A DNA stretch of 64,000 bases from the human T2T-CHM13v2.0 reference genome, Homo sapiens. The stretch lies in assembly GCF_009914755.1 (NCBI RefSeq), contig NC_060942.1; one strand, given 5' to 3'. Both the position numbers and the translations under genes were made by a program. This document shows, in pieces, positions 56,235 through 64,000 of the stretch. The notes under the pieces are model-generated. The model was not told the origin of the DNA. It was given only the letters and a program-made list of their open reading frames with translations, and searched no databases. Each line of letters starts with the position of its first letter. Position 1 is the stretch's first letter.

Positions 56235-57170
56235 ACATTTTATTATAAAATTTTTCATACAGACAACAAAGATGAATGAATTATATAGTGAACACTTATA
56301 TACAATGGAGTGTCTGCTATTAATATTTTACTATAGCTATTTTTATCTATCTAGCTATTATCTATCAATCATCTATTTATCTGTCTAATTTATCTATTCA
56401 TCTATCCATCTATGAGTCTATATTTTTGATGCATTTCAAAATAAATTGCAGACATAAATACACTTAACCCTAAATACTTCATAATATGCATATATAACTA
56501 AAGTTTAACACGTTTACAGTTTTTTTTTTCTTTTGATGTAAGATGTACATGCAATGAAATGCACAGGTCTTGAGTACAGATTTACAGAGTTTTGATAAAT
56601 ACTGTGTAACCCAAATTTCTCTCAAGTTATAAAATATAACTATCACCCCAGAAGGTTCCCTCACACCCTTTCCCAGTCAATTTCTGCCTCTCCCCAGCCC
56701 CACCCCTCCAGAGACAACCAGTGTTCTGACTTTTCCACCAATGACTCTTTTGTGTGAGGCTTCTTCCACTTTGCATAACATTTTGACATTTATCCATATT
56801 GCTGTGGGTAATGTTGTTTGTTCCTTTTACTTGCTGATTGATATTTCATTGTATGAATATTCTATAGTTTGTTTATTCATTTTTTTGTTGATGGACTTTT
56901 TCTAGTTTTTGGATTCCATGGATAAAGCTGTTCTGAATACTGTATAAATCTTTTTGTAAAGATATGTTTTTGTTGCTCTTGGGTAAATGCCAAGAAGTAG
57001 AATTGCTGGGACAAAGGGTAGATATATGTTTAGTTGTATAAGTAACTATCAGAACTTGTCACAGTGGTTCCGCCTTTCCGGTCCCACCCACAACGTATGG
57101 TGTTGCTCCATACCCCTGTCGGTGTTTAGAGTTGTCTGTCCTTTTTAATTTAGCCATTCTGGTGGGTGTC
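56235..57170 (-). mobile_element. Old L1M (MC/ME-like) fragments
   Basis: tttttgatgcatttcaaaataaattgcagacat...atcaccccagaaggttccct...tttgtttattcat...agtagaattgctgg...ttagccattctggtgggtgt. Confidence 0.8.
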
Positions 57171-57699
57171 TAGGTAGAAAATTAAAGTTGATGGCAATGG
57201 CAATAGTTATGATAGAGTGATAGATACCTCTCCATAGCAAATCACAGTCGCTATTCCTTAGATTTCACTTGGAAGCTCATCATTTTGGCTGTTGGGTCTG
57301 CTCTTAACTCTCTAAGTACCCACTCTAATGTTTTCTGATTGACAGATGGAAGTGCTCCCAGGCAGTACTGATTTTCAGGCTAATGCTCCTACTACAATCA
57401 GCTCACTTAGGGCTTCTTTGTGTAGTCTGGATGCTCAGCTTTAACCCTTTGACATTTCTTTGCTTTACTTCTTTGTCAAACTTCTTAAGCCAGATTGTGA
57501 TTTCTCTTCTTTTTCAGAGTTTTCACCTGGCAAGAGGTTGATGATTTAAATGTCAAAAGAGGCAGACTCCAGATAAAATGCTGAACAAACAATTTTGAGG
57601 ACTTAGACCTTTCTTTTCTGCCATTACTACTTCTCAAGCTTCTTCTGATTCCCAGAGAATGGGATGGAAAAAGTGAGGTAGGGTTTGGAAGGACGGGCC

Positions 57700-57850
57700 T
57701 CTGCTCTTATGTGTGCAGCTATGCTTCTGGGTCTCTTCATTCGTGTTGATTGAGTGCCTTGAATTTCTGGGGCCTCAGTTTCCTCACTTGTAGAACAGGG
57801 AGACTGGAACAAATGACATTTAGGGCTTTCTGTCTTTCTGAAATTTCAAA
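57700..57850 (+). mobile_element. MIR fragment
   Basis: tctggggcctcagtttcctcacttgtagaacagggagactggaacaaatga. Confidence 0.65.
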
Positions 57851-60800
57851 ACTAACTTTCTGTTTTGTTAGAAGTTAAGAAATTTCTTAAAGCTTGGAGG
57901 TGAAGCTATTGCTTTAAAAAATTTTAAGTGATTCTTTAATATTTCCTACACCTTCTCCAACGGCTTAATAATAACCTGATATATTCATGGAAACAGGTCT
58001 CACTTATATATTTTGATTTAAGGGTTTCTTTAATTATGCCATTTACTGTTTTCAGATGCTGCGGTTTCACTCTGGTAGGATTCAGTCTCAAACTGCAGAG
58101 GTACTGGGTAAGCTGGTATTTATTTTACCTTTGTTTTGGGATTCTTTCAGACAGACTGGATGTTTGCACTGGACTCATTGATTTTCTCCTCCCCCCCACT
58201 TACATTGTCATTCTATGCTATTCAGTTGTATTTTATAATTGGGTGGTGGCAGTAATGAGAAAGAAGAGTATGAGAAATGATGTTTAGGTGGGCTGCAGTC
58301 TCTGTCTGTAGGCAATCATTGTGAAGCAGGAAGGAAGGGGATGGGAATAGCTAGAGAGAATTGGCTTAAGGGGAAATAGCCCAAATCTCAGTTAAAACAA
58401 GATAAGGGTCGAAGAGATAGTATCTACTGATAAAGGTGTGTTCCCTTGCACTGCCACTAATGCGCGGGAGCATTAAATGTAAGGGAGATTTTCTGGGGTT
58501 GTTATTCCCTGCAGTCTCAGGAAGAGAAAGTATCCCAGTCACAGAGGAAACCTTCAACTACAGACAAACCACAGTCCCCAAATCCTCTCAAGCTATAAGG
58601 TTTCAAGCACAAAATTCTTGAGCAAACACACCAGGTGCCTCTCTGCATTGATTGTGATTTTTGGTGCTAAACAGAGAGCATTGCAGATGATGCTGAAGGT
58701 CAAATGAAGGTGGAGAAACCGCAAAACAGCATGACACACCACCCAACTGCAAGCTAATTGGGAAGGAAATGGTTTCAAACTGACAGACTGTGGCCTGATA
58801 ACCGAAATCTCATAGGGACAAAAGGTTCGTGTCATTTAAAGGGGTAGCTTTGCCTATTTAAATTGTGCAAACAAAAGAAATGAAAACCCCCTCCTGGGAT
58901 GGGAAGTTCTATTAGCAGATATTACCATCCTTGCTTTTATGCCCTTCTGTGTCACAAGCCCTGAACATGTGCTGCGTGTCCTCAGGCATTCATTGGTTAA
59001 TTTACTTATTCAAAGTAAGGCAACAACAACAAAAAAGCAACAGAAAAACCCCAAACAAATTACATACTGGGGCACAGACAGCATTAAGATGCAGTGCACA
59101 ATTTTGATATGTGGGCTTTTAAAAGAAATGTGTTTGGTCTGAAATTGTACATATGTTAAACTCTGGAGAAAGTAAGACGCCTCCTACGGTGGTTCCTCTG
59201 GGAATTGAAAGAAAAACTTCTTTGAAGCTATGACTATATTGAGAACCAGAGGTATTTGATATAATATCAGGTACTCCATTGTGGCCAACAACAGTCAATT
59301 TGGGCTTGAGCTTAATCAATGTTCCAGTAAAGGCACAGGAGAAGGCCAATGGTTCTATCATATGGATACGGTAGAAGTTAATTATATACTTAATTATATC
59401 CTTTAGTTTTGAAATTTTTATGGAATTACTTCCAAAATAACCTTGTGTAATATATTCCCTTATATTTTAAAGCTGAATTGTAATGAGTGAAATAATACAA
59501 AATAATTAATACTTTAAACTTTGCACTTAGTTGAGTCTTCAAAAGAAACCATTCGACAATCTATGATGACAATACTTTGGGGTTGACAAGGCCTACATTT
59601 TTCTAATGGGAATATTAAAGTCTAGAAAGATTAATGAACATATTCATGTCATGAAAGAAGCTGAGGTAGGGTTCCAACCAACCTTTTTCTCTTGTCTCAA
59701 AGATTAATTAATGAGTTTTTTTCTGTCATGGACTATGATAGTACCCATGTATTTTGTGTATCTTAATGTATTTAGTTCAGCATCTGTGACATCATAATAT
59801 TTAACTTTGGTTTGATGACAAGTACTTGTGTTTAAAAGAAATAAATATGAGCTAGGGTAAGAAAATTGTAAATTCACAGTTACTTCCCATTTTCTGCTTC
59901 TGAATAGAACATTCTTTCCAGAGCAATACTACTACTAATTCTAATAAAAACGAAACAAACTTAAAGTAAAAAAAAAGACTTGTTGCTATCGTAAAAAAAA
60001 TGAGACAATTTCCTTTGTGATTTATCTTAATTACGTAATCATTGCTTCATAAGATTTCCCAAACTTGAGAGCATTAGACTCAAGAAACCCAAAGTGACAT
60101 GTAATATTTATTGTATTTAAAGGACTTTGCCATTCAGTTTAGCAGGCATGACAGGTCCATGGCACTTATGGTGCCAGCTCTGGTCCATTTGAAGTTATCA
60201 ATTGACCTGCAGAACATTTAGAAACATACCAGTGATTGGTAAGTAAGCTTTTCTTGGGTAGCTATGATTTGGATGGCTGGCATGTGAATGCTAGCATTCC
60301 CATGAGAAATACAGGTTACTAGGCAAATTGAGTTTTATTAAACTCTGAACTCTGAGAGAGTACCAGCTCTACATGCAAAAAAATAGTTATTTGAGGGAAA
60401 ACTTTCCTGTCCTAAATTTCTCTCCTACCAATTTATCATAGTAGCAGAAATGACCAGTATTCACAGCCATTTCTTAGGTTTAAGGCTCTCTGTCCAGAAG
60501 GTCTCCATTAAAATGCAAATATGTTACTCAGAAAGGGCTACTCATCAATCCATTTGCACTTCAGGAAGGATTAGTTTATCAGATCAGAGGAAAGAAAATA
60601 AGACCCCAAGGAATAGGAGATAGAAAGCCCTCTTTTCTGATTGGAAAAGAGGCTGGGTAAAGTATTTTCAACAGGCCCTTTGCTGTCTTGACTATGGGGC
60701 CTTTGTGAATTTATCTTCTATTGCTTTAAATATACCCTTGCTGCCATTGAAATTCAACTCTGCCTCAACTGTCCACTTCCATTCTCATCTTTTCTCTGCA

Positions 60801-60896
60801 GTATTTTCTGAGCTACCTAGGAAGAAGTAAGCTCTCCTCCATCTGAATCCCTCATGTTCATTACCTGTATCATTCATTAGTCAAATCTTGTCTTTG

Positions 60897-61237
60897 GGCT
60901 GGTGTATGGCTCATGCCTGTAATCCCAGCACTTTGGTAAGCAGAGCTGGGAGGATCTCTCGAAGACAGGAGTTCAAGGTTGCAGTGAGCTGATTGTGCCA
61001 CTGCACTCCAGCATGGTTGACATAGTGAGACTCTGCCTCTGAAAAAAAAAAAAAAAAGAAAAAAATCCAGGTGCAGTGGCTCATGCCTGTAATCCCAGTG
61101 CTTTGGGAGGCTGATGCTGGAGGAGCACTTGAGCCCAGGAGTTCGAGACCAGCCAGGGCAACATAGTGAGACCCCCTGGCCCTATTTTTAAAAAGTTAAA
61201 AAAAACCTAAAAAAGTAAAAAGGAAAATAAAAAAAAC
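60897..61237 (+). mobile_element. Two tandem Alu monomers (one left-head/right-tail hybrid, one FLAM)
   Basis: 60897-61046 runs ggctggtg...aggagttcaaggttgcagtgagc...polyA, followed by ccaggtgcagtggctc...gagacccc. Confidence 0.85.
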
Positions 61238-62027
61238 CCTGCTCTTTGTTGTAGATATTCTTTCATTTGTATACATCTTATTCACCAACTTTATAGTCAG
61301 CTCCTGGAGTGCTCAGGAACCAAGTTAGCGATCTGAGGGAAGAGAGAGGCTGACTTGGGTAAGAGTGGAGAGCAGTGACTGCTGCCTATTCCTGAAACAT
61401 CCTGGATTCTGTCGTGATGCTTTTACCTGGATTCTTCCCTTTGCCTCTTTCCTTTGGAATAGGGACTTTCTGGCTTTGGTTTTGGTTTCAATGTTCAGGT
61501 AGTTCTTAACTCCTTGATCCAGAGGCCACACGCATTGTTACTCATCAAGCCCTATATCACTGCAGGGCCATTTTGCTAGTAGGGTGGCTGCTCCTTCATT
61601 CTAGTAGGCAGGTCTGTGCAATGAATGGATGCAGGTACAAGTACCACTCTGGAAATCACTATACCTCTGGTTCCTTGGTCATAAAAAGGGGTATTCTGGC
61701 TCTAGTAGGACACTACGTATCGGGTTCTGGCTTGCAGATCAATGCCGTGACAGAATCATGTCATTGGAAAATAATCCAACTTCTGGTTAGCTGGTATAAC
61801 TACTCAACTAACCCAAGACCTGGTTAAAAAAAAAAGTGAAGAATAGGGACCAGGAGACAGGAAGATCAGTCAGCTGGTTACAAAATTCTGGATGCAATAA
61901 GCTTTGATAGGAAGCCTGTGTTGTTGATGCATTATTTGTAAAAGTTCTTACCTGGGTCATACGGCCATGGCCCTCTTCAGCTGATTATATAGTAGGGTGT
62001 TGATACCTTATACTTCTTAATATTCTG

Positions 62028-62500
62028 TTATATCACTCAAGATTGTTTGGTTGCATGCAAGACAATGACTTGGGTAACCTAACTAAAGAGAACATTTAAG
62101 GGCTTCGTAAATAAAAAGCTAAGGATAAAACTTTAGATGCAGCTTAATCCAATACTCCAAATGCCATTAGAGCCATCTCTCTCCCATGTTCACTTCTCCT
62201 CTTTTCTGGGTTGATGTTATTCTCAGGCCCAAAGATAAACACCATCAGTGTCTGGCTTATGTGGTTCTTACAGCACATGCTTGTGTAGCAGAAGGAAAAT
62301 ACTCTTTGTCACTCTCTGAATCTTCATAGCAATCCCTAGAAAGGGCTCTCATTGGTCTTACTGGGGTCACATAGTTGTTTATGCCGATAGGCCAGCCTGA
62401 CTTGCAGGTCTACCATTTGCTGAGGACAGTGTTTTCTTTTGATTGACAACCCTGCCAGACTGTAGGGAATAGGCAAGAGGCAGTCTTACAAAGAAACTGA
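62028..62500 (-). mobile_element. Old MLT1 LTR fragments
   Basis: tttggttgca...cagcttaatccaatactccaaatgccatt...ggctctcattggtc...gggtcacat. Confidence 0.55.
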
Positions 62501-62735
62501 TACAAGGAACCAACAAAGTAACAATGTCCAAATCGCCCCACAAATGTCTTCACCTTATAGATACTTAACTAATGTGTGTTGATAATGATGATGAAGTGTT
62601 TGCAGAAGAAGGAAGACTAGGGATCCAAAAAGGGGGATTCTGGGCATCTGGGGGCACAAGAGGCTGCCGCTGGGGGTGTGGGAAAGGTCAACGGCACTGA
62701 AAATGAGAAAAATTTTGCTCCAAAAGGAGGCTGGG

Positions 62736-62870
62736 AGCTAGGTACAGTGGCTCACGCCTATAATCCCATCACTTTGGGAGGCTGAGGTGGGAATTCGAGA
62801 CCAGCCTGGGCAACATAGTGAGACCTGTTTCTACAAAAAACCAACCCAACCCAAACCAAAACAACCAAAA
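62736..62870 (+). mobile_element. FLAM/Alu monomer with deletion
   Basis: gctaggtacagtggctcacgcc...gagaccagcctgggcaacatagtgagacc. Confidence 0.88.
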
Positions 62871-63461
62871 AGAGGCTTGAGTGAGGGATGTTGCTCATAG
62901 TGAAGATCCGACGTTTTTTATTTCACACTTTTGCCTGTGGCTGACGCTGACTGACGGGAAAGTATTTGCTGAACCAAATGACTCTATAAAGATAACATGC
63001 TTTCCAGCAGTTTCCTTTTCGGGGGGATGGGGTGACATGGCACACTTTCTGGTTTTGATGAATCACCCCAGATAGCAGGAGGCTTTCGTTTGCTTATATA
63101 CTAGATCAATTTCAAGGTCTCAAACTGTGTATTATAATTAGCAATGCAAACCTCCAGAGCATCATCTCTTACTCTAAAGAAAATATTGTGTAGATCTAGT
63201 AGAGTATTCTCATGAGCTTTATTTTTCCTCACCCCTCTACTGAGTTCTTTCAGTGTCCAAGCTGACTGAGAAAGCCACTCTTTAGAAAGTAGAATCTGAT
63301 GTTGAGATCTCTTTATTAATAAGTATAGGCCCAATGGTTGCAGAATTCTCTTCTATGTTTAATGGCCCTTTATTAATTAGTCCTCAGTATCATAGAGAGA
63401 ATGAAAATGAGACTATGGTTCTATGGGAGGAAGAAAAAAAACCTCTGTTGGGACAATCTGA

Positions 63462-64000
<539 letters not shown>

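Overview
Primate, most likely human, genomic DNA: Alu J/S elements, MIR, L2, L1PA/L1M fragments and MaLR/ERV1 solo LTRs. A CpG island at ~3.75-5.3 kb looks like the promoter of a minus-strand gene whose body lies left of the window. It has two candidate alternative first exons, ending at strong donors at 4292 and 5369, and a possible antisense plus-strand transcript. The other ~58 kb is repeat-rich upstream sequence with no recognisable conserved protein-coding gene. Almost every ORF in the supplied track is explained by Alus, microsatellites, GC richness or chance. The most notable signal is a minus-strand three-exon structure (49874-49690, 48548-48513, 38030-37969) with canonical, phase-compatible splice sites that join into an 81-aa ORF, a candidate lncRNA-encoded or de novo micropeptide. 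Other notable items are a tailless 33-nt U2 retrocopy with a perfect 18-bp TSD, a 94%-identical 100-bp local duplication 7.09 kb apart, an Alu-derived (GAA)n purine tract and several motif clusters. I cannot name the genes or confirm novelty from sequence alone. Repeat subfamily calls come from remembered consensus sequences and their boundaries are approximate.
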